From Eubacteriales bacterium (lineage in GTDB: Bacteria > Bacillota > Clostridia > Oscillospirales > CAG-272), in contig JAZSGY010000018.1 in assembly GCA_045532985.1 (NCBI GenBank), forward strand, positions 1-58,344: a stretch of 58,344 bases of DNA, read 5' to 3'. Below are positions 18,134-28,110 of this stretch, piece by piece. A program made the translations under genes and the position numbers. Position 1 is the stretch's first letter, and each line of letters opens with the position of its first letter. The notes under the pieces are model-generated. The model was not told where the DNA came from and did not search any database. It worked only from the letters and a program-made list of their open reading frames with translations.

Positions 18134-20315
18134 GTGCGTTGCACACCACGCAGAAGGAGGAAAGGCTCATAGCGAGTGCCGCATAAGAAGGCGGCAAATT
18201 CAAGCCGAACGCCCCTGCCGCAAGCGGAATCCCAATCGAGTTGTAGAATAACGCCCAAAAGAGATTCTGACGGATATTTCGCAGAGTCGCGCGTCCCAGG
18301 GCAAACGCATCCACAGCGTCCGACAGGGAGCTGCGCTTCAGCACCACGTCAGCCGATTCGATCGCCGCATCAGCCCCCGCACCAATCGCAATGCCAACGT
18401 TTGCCGCCGAAAGTGACGGGGCATCGTTGATCCCATCGCCGATCATAGCCGTCTTTCCTCGCTCTCCGAGCGAAAGGACGGCTTTTGCTTTTTCCTCGGG
18501 AAGCATTCCCGCACGCACCTCGTCGATTCCAAGCGTGCTTGCTACGTGCTCTGCCGCACGGCGGTTATCGCCCGTTAAAAGGACCGTCTGCATCCCCATT
18601 CGGTGCAGCTCCGCAACCGCGGCTCCGCTCTCCTCACGGACGGTATCCGCAACGCCGATCACGCCAAGGACGTCCTCGCCGACCGAGACGTAGACCGTGC
18701 TGGCACCGATCCTTTCAAACGCGTCTGCGGCATCGCTTAAATGCCCGTATTCAAGCTCATATTCTTCCATCAGAGCGGCGTTTCCCGCAAGGCAGGGCTT
18801 ACCCTCAACGCGTGCGAATACGCCAAGCCCCGCCAGCGTACAAAAATCGCTCACCGTGGGTCTATCCGTGGTGATGGACTCTGCCGCTTCGGTTATGGCG
18901 CTCGCAATCGGATGGAGTGAACCCGATTCCAGAGCTCTCGCGACTGTAAAAAGGCGTTCCGTGCTGACGCCGTCGGCACTTTTGGATCCGCACACCTTCA
19001 TTTCGGCGCGTGTCAGCGTGCCCGTCTTATCCATTGCAACACACCTGACGTGTCCGAGCGCCTCAAGCGCCTCGGCACTTTTGATGAGGATCCCCATCTG
19101 TGCCCCACGCCCCGTCGCCGTCATGATCGCCGTCGGCGTTGCAAGACCGAGCGCGCAGGGACATGATATCACAAGCACCGCGATCGCGTGTGAAAGGGCG
19201 GTTCCTATATCCGCAGCGATCCACCATCCGATAAAGGTGCCAAGCGCGATCAGCGTCACCGCAGGAACGAAATAACGGCTGACGGCATCTGCAAGCCTTG
19301 CGATCGGCGCCTTGCTTGCCGCCGCCTCACTGACCATACGAATGACCGCGGAAAGCGACGTATCCTCTCCCACAGACTCGGCACGCATCAGTACGGTTCC
19401 GTTGTAGACCGTGCATCCGCAGTATAGCTTATCGCCTGCACTTTTGTCGATCGGCAGGCTCTCGCCCGTGATGCTTGCCTCATTGACCGAGACGTCGCCT
19501 TCAAGGATCACGCCGTCAGCAGGAATACTCTCTCCCGCACGGATGCGCAGAATATCGCCAACAGAAAGCTCCTCGGTCGGGATCTCGATCTCCACACCGT
19601 CCCTTACGATGCGTGAATGGGTCGGTGCCAGCGCGGAAAGTGCGCGGATCGCCTCACTCGTCTTGTTTTTTGCGCTCCCCTCCAGCATCTTACCAAGGGT
19701 CACGAGCGTCAGGATCATAGCAGATGCCTCAACGTACAGCCCCATCGCATAGTCCGTAGCGTTTTCCGATTGAACGGCAGCAAGGATAAACAGCACGACA
19801 CCATGCAAAAATGCAACGCCCGATCCGATCATGATCAGCGTATCCATATTGGGACTGCGCCGAAGGACGGCAAAAAATCCGCGCACGAAATAATGTCGGT
19901 TAATGACGATCACGGGAATCGCCAAGAGAAGCTGTGCTCCCATATAGATCAGCGGATGCACGCTCGGCACGAAAAGGCTCGGTAGCGGCGCGTGCAGCAT
20001 ATGGTGCGCCATCGTCAGATAGAGAAGCGGTAGTAAAAAGAGAAGTGAAAGCAGAAAATTCCTGCGATTGTCCTTTACCTTCTCAATGACGGGCGACACG
20101 ACTGCCGCTCTGTTTTCCTGTACGTTGGCAGAAAAGCCCGCACGCGCAACCGCCTCTATGATCCTTTGCACGTCGCAGGAATGCTCGACGCGCATGCTGT
20201 CGGTCAGAAGGCTGACGGCAACCGATTCGACTCCGTCGAGTGCCGAAACCGCCCCCTCTACGTGCGCGGCACACGCGGCACAGCTCATTCCCTTGACTCT
20301 GAACGTAGTTTTCAT
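18078..20315 (-). CDS. copA: copper-translocating P1B-type ATPase
   Basis: The start at 20315 (MKTTFRVKGMSCAACAAHVE) follows an AGGAG RBS. Motifs are the HMA domain GMSCAAC, the CPC motif (SCPCALGLATP), DKTGT and GDGINDAP. The ORF-track extension to 20567 has no support. Confidence 0.92.
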   Translation of the reverse strand: MKTTFRVKGMSCAACAAHVEGAVSALDGVESVAVSLLTDSMRVEHSCDVQRIIEAVARAGFSANVQENRAAVVSPVIEKVKDNRRNFLLSLLFLLPLLYLTMAHHMLHAPLPSLFVPSVHPLIYMGAQLLLAIPVIVINRHYFVRGFFAVLRRSPNMDTLIMIGSGVAFLHGVVLFILAAVQSENATDYAMGLYVEASAMILTLVTLGKMLEGSAKNKTSEAIRALSALAPTHSRIVRDGVEIEIPTEELSVGDILRIRAGESIPADGVILEGDVSVNEASITGESLPIDKSAGDKLYCGCTVYNGTVLMRAESVGEDTSLSAVIRMVSEAAASKAPIARLADAVSRYFVPAVTLIALGTFIGWWIAADIGTALSHAIAVLVISCPCALGLATPTAIMTATGRGAQMGILIKSAEALEALGHVRCVAMDKTGTLTRAEMKVCGSKSADGVSTERLFTVARALESGSLHPIASAITEAAESITTDRPTVSDFCTLAGLGVFARVEGKPCLAGNAALMEEYELEYGHLSDAADAFERIGASTVYVSVGEDVLGVIGVADTVREESGAAVAELHRMGMQTVLLTGDNRRAAEHVASTLGIDEVRAGMLPEEKAKAVLSLGERGKTAMIGDGINDAPSLSAANVGIAIGAGADAAIESADVVLKRSSLSDAVDAFALGRATLRNIRQNLFWALFYNSIGIPLAAGAFGLNLPPSYAALAMSLSSFCVVCNALRLRRFRRHPAKDTEKAG

Positions 20316-20413
20316 AAATACTCCTTTTGCGGCAGTGAACACTGTAATTTGCCCATAGACATCTAAATTATAGCACCGCAAAAAAATAAAGTCAAGGAAA
20401 AACGCCGTAGCGC

Positions 20414-20442
20414 TTGCATAATTCCTTGAGGTGTGGTATACT
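20414..20442 (+). promoter_or_regulatory. putative sigma-A promoter of the PPIase gene
   Basis: TTGCAT (20414-20419), a 17-nt spacer, then TATACT (20437-20442), with TGg immediately upstream of the -10 (extended -10). Confidence 0.5.
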
Positions 20443-20475
20443 GTTTTTCGTAAAACAAAAGAAGTGAGGAACGTT

Positions 20476-21210
20476 ATGCGCAGATTGAAATTTCTATCGT
20501 TTTTGCTTGCTCTCCTGTTTATGCTGCCCCTTTGCTTGAGTGCTTGCAGTAATACTGATGATGACAAAAAGAAACCCGTGGCACCCCCGAAAATGGAGGA
20601 CCTCGATTTTTCCGACGTATCGCTTGATGAAATGGAAGCCTCCGACGTGAAAACGGAATACGTGAAAATTGAAGTTGAGGACTATGGAACGGTTATTATC
20701 CGTCTGTTCCCCGAGGTCGCACCGATCACCGTCGCCAATTTTCAAAAGCTGGTTTCCGAGGGCTTTTACGACGGGCTGATCTTCCACCGCGTGATTGAGG
20801 GCTTTATGATCCAGGGTGGTGACCCGCTTGAAAACGGTACGGGTGGCGCGGATGAGGATATCAAGGGTGAGTTTGCCCTCAACAATTTTGAAAACAATCT
20901 CGAGCATATCCGCGGCGTGATCTCCATGGCGCGTAGCGGTCATCCCTATGAAGTCTATCTTCCTTATTATACTTATGAAGAGATGGGGCTCACCTTCGAG
21001 GATTTTGAACCCTTCTACAATTCCGCATCCAGCCAGTTCTACATCGTACATAAGACCTCGCCGCACTTAAACGGTAACTACGCGGGCTTCGGCTACGTCG
21101 TGTACGGTATGGACGTTATCGATGCCATTGCCGAGGTTGAGACGAACAGCAGTGATAAGCCGCTGACCGACGTCGTGATCAAAAGCGCAACCTTTATGAA
21201 AAAGAAATAA
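20476..21210 (+). CDS. cyclophilin-type peptidyl-prolyl cis-trans isomerase, lipoprotein
   Basis: The start at 20476 follows a GAGGA RBS. The signal peptide and lipobox are MRRLKFLSFLLALLFMLPLCLSAC. The cyclophilin block is FHRVIEGFMIQGGDP. Confidence 0.9.
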   Translation: MRRLKFLSFLLALLFMLPLCLSACSNTDDDKKKPVAPPKMEDLDFSDVSLDEMEASDVKTEYVKIEVEDYGTVIIRLFPEVAPITVANFQKLVSEGFYDGLIFHRVIEGFMIQGGDPLENGTGGADEDIKGEFALNNFENNLEHIRGVISMARSGHPYEVYLPYYTYEEMGLTFEDFEPFYNSASSQFYIVHKTSPHLNGNYAGFGYVVYGMDVIDAIAEVETNSSDKPLTDVVIKSATFMKKK

Positions 21211-21212
21211 TC

Positions 21213-21244
21213 AAAACGCCTTGGCTTCGCCAAGGCGTTTTGAA
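21213..21244 (+). terminator. rho-independent terminator after the PPIase gene
   Basis: The stem pairs aaaacgccttggc with gccaaggcgtttt and is followed by a T tract. Confidence 0.75.
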
Positions 21245-21246
21245 AT

Positions 21247-21277
21247 ATAAAAAGCGATGTGTCACCACATCGCTTTT
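21247..21277 (-). terminator. rho-independent terminator after rpsR
   Basis: The stem pairs aaagcgatgtg with cacatcgcttt around a 4-nt loop. A T tract follows on the minus strand. Confidence 0.75.
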
Positions 21278-21281
21278 TGAA

Positions 21282-21533
21282 TTAGTCGCTGACGTAAGGC
21301 AGCAGAGCAACCGTGCGAGCACGCTTGATCGCAGTGGTCAGCTGACGCTGATGCTTTGCGCAGGTGCCGGAAACACGGCGGGGAAGGATCTTTGCACGCT
21401 CAGAGATGAACTTTCTCAGACGGGCAACGTCCTTGTAATCGATTTCTTCTACTTTCTCGGTGCAGAAAACGCAAACCTTTTTTCTTCTGCGATTTGCACG
21501 GAAAGCAGGACGCTGTGTATCGTTTCTATCCAT
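21282..21533 (-). CDS. rpsR: 30S ribosomal protein S18
   Basis: 83 aa: ...[51 protein letters not shown]... Confidence 0.95.
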   Translation of the reverse strand: MDRNDTQRPAFRANRRRKKVCVFCTEKVEEIDYKDVARLRKFISERAKILPRRVSGTCAKHQRQLTTAIKRARTVALLPYVSD

Positions 21534-21617
21534 TTTGGTAGACCGTTTACCTTTCCACCCGCTGATTTACAATTGCTTTCCGTCATAGCGGGTTTTTGAC
21601 GGAAAAGGAATGTTTGA

Positions 21618-22097
21618 TTAGAAGGGCAGGCTTTCGTCGCCCTGCATTTCTTCAAATGCTGCGTTGCTGCCGCCGGCATTCGAGGAAGCGTTGCTGCCGT
21701 ATGCATCAGGAGTGTACTGCGACTGATTGTCAGTACCTGCAGACTCGCTCGATCTGTTGGAATCGACGAAGGATACCTCGTCGGCAACGATGTCGGTAGC
21801 GTAGTGCTTTACACCCTGCGGGTCAGTCCAGTTACGGTTCTGCAGCTGACCGCAGACTAAGATCGGACGGCCCTTCTTAAAGTAACGGGCAACAAATTCA
21901 GCCGATTGTCTCCATGCGACAATGTTGAAGAAATCCGCAGTGGGCTGCTGACCGTTCTGATCGTTTGAACGTGCAAAACGACGCTGCACCGCTATCGAAA
22001 ATCTACAAACCGAAATACCGGTAGGGGTCTGCTTCAGTTCGGGATCTGCAGTGAGATTTCCAACCAAAATTACCTTGTTAAAACTTGCCATTGTCAC
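21618..22097 (-). CDS. ssb: single-stranded DNA-binding protein
   Basis: 159 aa with an OB-fold N-terminus (NKVILVGNLTADPELKQTPTGISVCRFSIAV), a Gly/Ser/Asn-rich linker and an acidic C-terminal tip DESLPF. Confidence 0.95.
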   Translation of the reverse strand: MTMASFNKVILVGNLTADPELKQTPTGISVCRFSIAVQRRFARSNDQNGQQPTADFFNIVAWRQSAEFVARYFKKGRPILVCGQLQNRNWTDPQGVKHYATDIVADEVSFVDSNRSSESAGTDNQSQYTPDAYGSNASSNAGGSNAAFEEMQGDESLPF

Positions 22098-22121
22098 ACA
22101 TCCTTTCAGTTGATAAGGGAA

Positions 22122-22451
22122 TTATTCCGCTGCTTCTTCTGCAACGGGAGCCTTCTTTTCCTCGAGTCGAATGACATTTGCACGCAGAATACCGTCGGTA
22201 ATACCGAAGATACGCTTCAACTCAGCAGGGAAAGCAGGTTCGCTCTTGAAGGTAACGTTGACGTAGCAACCCTCGAACATATCGTTGATCGGGTAAGCCA
22301 GTCTGCGTTTGCCCCACTCGTTAACTTCCGTAACGGTACCGTTTTCGGCGATCAACGAGGTAAACTTTTCGATCAACGCCTTCTGATCCTCTTCAGCGAG
22401 AGTAGCGTTGACTACGAACAAAGTTTCGTAAGAACAAATCTTCTTCTCCAT
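22122..22451 (-). CDS. rpsF: 30S ribosomal protein S6
   Basis: 109 aa: YETLFVVNATL...VNEWGKRRLAYPI. The rpsF-ssb-rpsR gene order is conserved. Confidence 0.93.
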   Translation of the reverse strand: MEKKICSYETLFVVNATLAEEDQKALIEKFTSLIAENGTVTEVNEWGKRRLAYPINDMFEGCYVNVTFKSEPAFPAELKRIFGITDGILRANVIRLEEKKAPVAEEAAE

Positions 22452-22534
22452 TGTGTTACACCTCCTTATGGTCTTGTGGCCGCTCGCGCGGCAAGGAGAC
22501 GGACTGCAAATCGGGCAATCCGTACTAAAACAGA

Positions 22535-22563
22535 ATTATAGCATACTTTTATTAGCATGTCAA
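22535..22563 (-). promoter_or_regulatory. consensus sigma-A promoter of the rpsF-ssb-rpsR operon
   Basis: On the minus strand this reads TTGACA, a 17-nt spacer, then TATAAT. It is followed by an ~80-nt leader before the rpsF ATG. Confidence 0.7.
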
Positions 22564-22589
22564 GCGAGAAAATGAATTTTTTGTAAATT

Positions 22590-23876
22590 TTACTGTTCCG
22601 AACCTTCAAGAGCGCCGTTTTCGTGATCCACAGGCTGATTTTCGGAGACAGTTTCCGCTTTTTCCTCGATCTCCTTTTTGAGGTCCTCAAATTCCGCGGT
22701 GCGGAAATCGTAGCCGATATAATCCTCCGTGGTCGTTGGCAAGCCGCGCCGAACGAAGATGTGCGCCATGATCTCGCGGATCTCGATCTCAACGGTCGCG
22801 CAAAGCGGAATCGCGATCAAGGCACCACCAAAGCCGAGCAGACCGTATCCGATGATTAGAAGCGGAAGCGCGAGTGCAGGGGAGGGGCGTAGCTTCTTGC
22901 GCAAAACGAAGCGCGTAAAGGCTTGATGCCGCAGGATCTGCAGTCCAACGACGATTGCAAGCAGGATCCAGGCGTGTAAGGGTCTGTCAAGCAGTAAAAC
23001 GACGAGAACGGAGATCGCCGTTGCAAGGAACGGACCGAAATACGGAATCAGCGTAAAGATAAAGATAAGGATCGAAATGATGATGACGAGGTAGGTAGGG
23101 ATCTGCAGAATGCGTGCCCCGACGTAGCAAAGGATCGCAACCAAAAGCGAGCCGATCAGCCGCGCGAAGATGAACTCCATCATATCGGTATACAGACGCT
23201 TGCAGAAATTCAGCACGCGCGGAACCGCCGCACCGTGCAAAAAGGCAGCGGTGATCTTGCCGAAAATGCGGTTGAACATCGGGCGGGAAAGAAGGAAATA
23301 GATCGAAATGATCACGCCGATGATGAGATTGAAGGTCTCGCTTGCCAGCGTTCCCGCAATCGAAAACGCCTGATCCGAATAGTTCGCCGTTACCCATCCC
23401 TTTACGACCTCGAGCGTCTCGTCAATGATGGTCTTGAGAATGGAGGAGGATGCGCGCAATCGCTCAATGAAGGCAGTGGTAGAGGAAACCGTATCGCCAA
23501 ACGCCTTCTGAATGATATCCTGGCTGGAGGTGAGCGGCGGAATGACGCCAACGACGATGATCGCAAGGATGCCCGCAAGGATCAGATAGGCAAAAACGAC
23601 GGAAAAAATAGAAACCAATTTTCTCTTGTGCTTTTTGCATTTTGCAAAAATGCGTCCGAACAGCTTTTCGAGCATCAGCACCCACGGAAACTGGATGAAC
23701 GTGATCACGATGCCGTAAAGGATCGAACGAACCTCCGCAAGTAACCGACCGAGAAAGGAGAAGATGTCTCCGAGATTGAAAATGAAAAGCGCAAAGAGAA
23801 ATGCAAACGCAAGAACGAGAAGGACGTAGACCGATATGGATACGTATTTTTTATTCAGGCTGATCTTCACGGCCAT
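22590..23876 (-). CDS. AI-2E family transporter (UPF0118/PerM-like)
   Basis: 428 aa, about 8 TM, with a hydrophilic C-terminal tail. It is a paralogue of the upstream gene. Confidence 0.8.
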   Translation of the reverse strand: MAVKISLNKKYVSISVYVLLVLAFAFLFALFIFNLGDIFSFLGRLLAEVRSILYGIVITFIQFPWVLMLEKLFGRIFAKCKKHKRKLVSIFSVVFAYLILAGILAIIVVGVIPPLTSSQDIIQKAFGDTVSSTTAFIERLRASSSILKTIIDETLEVVKGWVTANYSDQAFSIAGTLASETFNLIIGVIISIYFLLSRPMFNRIFGKITAAFLHGAAVPRVLNFCKRLYTDMMEFIFARLIGSLLVAILCYVGARILQIPTYLVIIISILIFIFTLIPYFGPFLATAISVLVVLLLDRPLHAWILLAIVVGLQILRHQAFTRFVLRKKLRPSPALALPLLIIGYGLLGFGGALIAIPLCATVEIEIREIMAHIFVRRGLPTTTEDYIGYDFRTAEFEDLKKEIEEKAETVSENQPVDHENGALEGSEQ

Positions 23877-25146
23877 CGCCTCCTTCCTTTAGGGTTCTGG
23901 ATTCGTTTTCGTTGTCGGTGACCTGTTTTTCACCGTTTTTATACGCCCTGATCTCGGCGGCAAAATGGAAGGTCTCCGTAAAGGTCATATCATACAGCTC
24001 AGGGGTCGTCGGAAGCCCTTGCTTTGCAAGCCGCTTGTTGATAGAGCGGCGCGATAGCTCGATCAGAACGGTAAAGACGGGAACGCCGATCAGCATACCG
24101 ACAGGACCGAACAGCCCCCCCATTACGGTGACTGATATGATGACCCAGATGCCGGGAAGTCCGACTGCGTTTCCGATGATGCGGGGCGCGATGATGTTTC
24201 CGTCGATCTGCTGTGCGATCAGTATGATGAGAACAAACCAAAGCGCGTGGATCGGACTTTCCAGGAAAATAATGATAAAGCTTGGAACCGCGCCGATAAA
24301 GGGACCGAGATAAGGAATGATATTCGTCAGACACACGATCACGCTGACAAGCGGATAGTACGGGAATCTCAAGATCATCAGCGTGAAGAATATGATAATT
24401 CCAAGACAAAGCGAATCAAAAATGACGCCGATAAAATAGCGACCAAAGGTACGGTTTGCAAACGCGACCGTATCAACGAGATGGATCAGCATCTTCTTGG
24501 GCAGAAAGGCGGCAAATACCTTTTTTGCGCTTGCGATCAGATGCTCCTTCCAGAGCAGGAAGAAAAATGCAAGGATAAAGCCCAGCACCAAGCGGACGAA
24601 TCCCAGCAAAAACGCGCCGCTCAAAGCCCCGATCTTGTCGATCATATCCTTAATCAGCGCTTCCTCGCGCAGAATACTCTCAATCGCGTTTGAAATGTTC
24701 GTGATGGGGAAGTCGATACCAAAACGTGCGGCAAAATCACCTACGATGCGCAGAATATTGTTGACGTTGTCAAAAAAGCCCGTCTTCAGCTCAGTCCAGT
24801 TGGTTACGATTTCAGGTACGACCAAGAACAAAAAGAGAGAGAAGATCCCGCCGACCACAAGGAAGGTGAGCGGCGTGCAAATGTAGCGAATGACCTGCGG
24901 CGTTAGGCGCTTGGATTTCTTTCTGCGGAAAACGGTGCGCTCCCAGAATTTCAGGATCGGATTACAAATATAAGCAATGATCAACCCGTAAACGATGGGA
25001 AGTAAAATTTCAAAAAACCGCGCCAAAAGACCGCCGATCATACGGAGGTTCAGGATCAGTGCCAAAGCAACGATCGCAATGGCAATGACGGCGCAGGCAT
25101 ACAGCGCAATGGTCGTGTATTTTTTATTCCATTGGAATTTGAGCAT
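23851..25146 (-). CDS. AI-2E family transporter (UPF0118/PerM-like)
   Basis: 431 aa and multi-TM, with the block NIIPYLGPFIGAVP typical of the family. An AGGAAGGA RBS lies upstream. It overlaps the downstream paralogue by 26 nt. Confidence 0.8.
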   Translation of the reverse strand: MLKFQWNKKYTTIALYACAVIAIAIVALALILNLRMIGGLLARFFEILLPIVYGLIIAYICNPILKFWERTVFRRKKSKRLTPQVIRYICTPLTFLVVGGIFSLFLFLVVPEIVTNWTELKTGFFDNVNNILRIVGDFAARFGIDFPITNISNAIESILREEALIKDMIDKIGALSGAFLLGFVRLVLGFILAFFFLLWKEHLIASAKKVFAAFLPKKMLIHLVDTVAFANRTFGRYFIGVIFDSLCLGIIIFFTLMILRFPYYPLVSVIVCLTNIIPYLGPFIGAVPSFIIIFLESPIHALWFVLIILIAQQIDGNIIAPRIIGNAVGLPGIWVIISVTVMGGLFGPVGMLIGVPVFTVLIELSRRSINKRLAKQGLPTTPELYDMTFTETFHFAAEIRAYKNGEKQVTDNENESRTLKEGGDGREDQPE

Positions 25147-25225
25147 CTCGTTTCCTTCCTTGAATATAATTCACCAAACACCATTATAACAAATAAAGAA
25201 GGAGTTTGCAAGGACTTTCCTGAAA

Positions 25226-25262
25226 AAACGAAAAAAGAACGCGCCGTGCGCGTTCTTTTTTC
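25226..25262 (-). terminator. rho-independent terminator after the 927-aa lipoprotein gene
   Basis: A GC-rich stem pairs aagaacgcgc with gcgcgttctt around a 3-nt loop. A and T tracts lie on both sides. Confidence 0.75.
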
Positions 25263-25268
25263 GTTTGG

Positions 25269-28052
25269 TTAATCGATGATGCCGAGCAGTCTTTCAACGA
25301 GAAGTGCCGTTTCAAGCTCTGTTTCGGTTGCGTCTGCTCTGAACTGAGCGATCTCAGCATTTACAGTCGCCTTGACGGCATCAGTGGATGCCGCATATTT
25401 TTCCTTCAGCTTCGTCCACAGCTGCGTTTCTGCGTCGTTTTCAATGATGTATTCAGCAGCGCTCTTCATCAGGCGGGATTCGAGAACCGATCTTGCCAGC
25501 TCCTTTGCGGTCTTCTCGTCAAAGTTACCTTTGCTGGCAATGACGAGGTTGGTAAAGGAGATCAGCGTGTCAAACGTGTGTGCTTCCTTCACAAACTCGT
25601 TTTCCCACTGACGCTCGAAGGTGTCGGTGTTCTGCTTGTATTCGTCAACGAGATCGTAGAGAAGGGTGAAATACTGCTCGATGATCGCGTTGCTCATATC
25701 CTTGTACTGCTCTGCGATCTCGATCTTGTTCAGCACGTCCTTCAGAATACCAACGACAAGATCTCTCGTCTCGGGGGAGGCGGCACGGTAGATCGCGCGG
25801 AAGCTTGCCTCGGTTTCGGTATCCTTCGTCTTGTAATAAGCGTCAAGATATGCGTCAATGTCGAACTTCTTGTCAAATTTCACGTTGAGGATGCGGGGCG
25901 GGAGATTTACGTAACGTCCCTCGTCACTCGTCAAACGGCACTCGATCGAGATCGTAGCGCTCAGGTTGGTTGCCATCGCGTCGGTCAACGTGAGTCTTCC
26001 GTTTTCGTATTTGATCTTGTCAGCACCCTTCAGGATCTTGACCGTGAAATCGGAATCGGGAAGCGTCAGGATCGAGTAGGTTCCGCTCTTCGGGTTAAAT
26101 ACCTTTACGTCAAACAGACGAAGGTCGACCAGCTTGACGCCGTTCGGCGAGACCTCAACGGTGTCGACGCGGTTGCTGTAACCGAGAATGGCGGAGGTAG
26201 TGGGAGAAGTGTAGTCGTAAAGGACCGAGGTCTGTGCGTAGGCACGCTCAAGACGGCCTGCGAAGCGCCACTGAATGCTCTCGTGATGCTTCAGTGTAAG
26301 AGAGCCGACGCTGATGCCGTTCGAGATCAGCATACCCTTGACGTTGCACAGCTCAAGCGAGGTGTTGATCCTGACGTCAAAATTGCCGTTCGCGTGGTTC
26401 GGCATATGGGTCTCGTTCTTACCGGACTGATTGATGGTGATCGAATTGTTGAGCTTGAAGGAGAGCGTTCCGATGTACGCTACGTCGTCCCCGATCTTCG
26501 TGCTCTGGGTTCTCGATACCGTGTAGTCGCGGTAGGGCGTCTCCTCGTCCGTGAGCGTGTAGGAGACCTTGCTCGTCACCGTGCTTTCAAAGGAGAGCGT
26601 ACCGAAGCCGTTGAGGAAGAAGTCCTCGATTGAGAAGCTCGGCGTAAAGATGACGTCAAAATTCTTCGTGCCGGCGTGTACGTCCGACATGATCTCGACG
26701 TAGTTCTCAGAGGTGTCAAGCGCACTTGCAAAGCCGATGGCAATATCGTTCATCGTCTTGCCCAGCGCGTTCTGATCCGAATAAAGCACCTCGTTTACCT
26801 TCTTCGCAAAATCCTTGGCGTCGATCTGCTCGTTGCCAACGAACGCGGTGAGGTTCAGACCGTAGGTCTCTGTGATGATGATCGGGTTGTACTGGATCTT
26901 CTGGTACGTACGGCTGCTGCCCTGCTTCTTCGCCTGCGCGGTGAAGTTCACCTCGGTATTCACCTTGTAGAGGAAGGTAGCGTTCAGAACGAAGTTGTCG
27001 CCCGTTACGTTGAGCGTATAGCTTCCGTCGCTATTCTTCTCAATGTCCATCATCGTTTTTTTGCTGTTGCCGTTGCCCTTTTTCGCACTGCACTGCTCAG
27101 CCGCAACGATCGCCGCGGAAAGCGTATAGCGGAAATCCTCATCCTCCATCAGTGCGACCATAATAGGACCTGCATCCTGTACCGAAGCGGTGCTGCGACC
27201 TGCCTCAATGACGATCTCGTATCCGTCGCCGTCGATCGTATCAAGCTCCACGACGAAGTTTCCGTTATCGTCCGCGTTTTCCTCAATGACCTGCTGCGAC
27301 AGCTCAATATTGAAATTCAGCGTGCTGATCGTATCGACGTAGCCGTCAAACGTGATGCCCTCGGAGAGAACCAGTGAGTAGCTGTATCCCGACTTGAAAT
27401 TACCGACTGCCGTGATCTCAAACACGCCGGCGTCGATAAAGGTTACGTTAAAGGGAACGGCATCGCCGTTGATGTCAAAAAGCTCGATCGCCGAGGCAAG
27501 CTCAGCGGGCGGCAGCTCGGATCTTACCGCGATCGCAAGCTCGGCAGGGCAGTTTTCAAGCTGTGCTACCGTCTGTACCACCATATCGCCGATCTCGTCG
27601 GTGTAGAAGGAATCCCCATCCTCGTCCTCGACGTCGGTATCCTTGATGGCTGCGTTGTTTTCAACGGTGATCGTTGAATCGTTGGTCGGGATCGCCTCAA
27701 ACTCCGCAATCAGTCCGATATCGGCCTTCCCGAACGTGAAGGTGTAAGCAAGCTCCGTCGACAGAGAATTGTGCTTGGCGTCCAGCCACTGCTTGAATTG
27801 GTATCCCTCGTCAGGCGTAGCGGTCACCGTGACCGAATCTCCTTTTTTGTACGTGCCGCCCGTTTTGTCGACCGATCCGTTACCGTATACGCTGACGGTC
27901 AGGTCAAACTCGGTTTCCTGCTGCTTCAGGACGGGCATGTCGTCGTCATCCTGCGTACCGCAGGCGGCGAAGCCCAGAAGACAGGTCGCAAAAGACGCGA
28001 TCACAAGGATCAGGGAAAGTATTCTGCGAAAAGTTTTTGCGGATTTCATCAT
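25269..28052 (-). CDS. large secreted lipoprotein of unknown function with an InlB B-repeat-like (Listeria-Bacteroides repeat) domain
   Basis: 927 aa with an AGGAGG RBS. The signal peptide and probable lipobox are ...LILVIASFATCLLGFAAC. Residues ~45-115 (LTVSVYGNGSVDKTGGTYKKGDSVTVTATPDEGYQFKQWLD) resemble the Flg_new/InlB B-repeat. The rest is unassigned and the C-terminus is helical. Confidence 0.8.
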   Translation of the reverse strand: MMKSAKTFRRILSLILVIASFATCLLGFAACGTQDDDDMPVLKQQETEFDLTVSVYGNGSVDKTGGTYKKGDSVTVTATPDEGYQFKQWLDAKHNSLSTELAYTFTFGKADIGLIAEFEAIPTNDSTITVENNAAIKDTDVEDEDGDSFYTDEIGDMVVQTVAQLENCPAELAIAVRSELPPAELASAIELFDINGDAVPFNVTFIDAGVFEITAVGNFKSGYSYSLVLSEGITFDGYVDTISTLNFNIELSQQVIEENADDNGNFVVELDTIDGDGYEIVIEAGRSTASVQDAGPIMVALMEDEDFRYTLSAAIVAAEQCSAKKGNGNSKKTMMDIEKNSDGSYTLNVTGDNFVLNATFLYKVNTEVNFTAQAKKQGSSRTYQKIQYNPIIITETYGLNLTAFVGNEQIDAKDFAKKVNEVLYSDQNALGKTMNDIAIGFASALDTSENYVEIMSDVHAGTKNFDVIFTPSFSIEDFFLNGFGTLSFESTVTSKVSYTLTDEETPYRDYTVSRTQSTKIGDDVAYIGTLSFKLNNSITINQSGKNETHMPNHANGNFDVRINTSLELCNVKGMLISNGISVGSLTLKHHESIQWRFAGRLERAYAQTSVLYDYTSPTTSAILGYSNRVDTVEVSPNGVKLVDLRLFDVKVFNPKSGTYSILTLPDSDFTVKILKGADKIKYENGRLTLTDAMATNLSATISIECRLTSDEGRYVNLPPRILNVKFDKKFDIDAYLDAYYKTKDTETEASFRAIYRAASPETRDLVVGILKDVLNKIEIAEQYKDMSNAIIEQYFTLLYDLVDEYKQNTDTFERQWENEFVKEAHTFDTLISFTNLVIASKGNFDEKTAKELARSVLESRLMKSAAEYIIENDAETQLWTKLKEKYAASTDAVKATVNAEIAQFRADATETELETALLVERLLGIID

Positions 28053-28110
28053 TCGTTCCTCCTAAATGATCTCCTTAAAATAATATCTGCAAGCGTAGAA
28101 GCTTTAACGA

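Noticed and set aside
20333-20344. The CAGTGaaCACTG palindrome upstream of copA as a CopY or CsoR operator.
   Set aside because: It does not match the CopY box (TACAnnTGTA) and is too short to assign to CsoR. No regulator gene is adjacent. I kept it only as a note within the copA finding.
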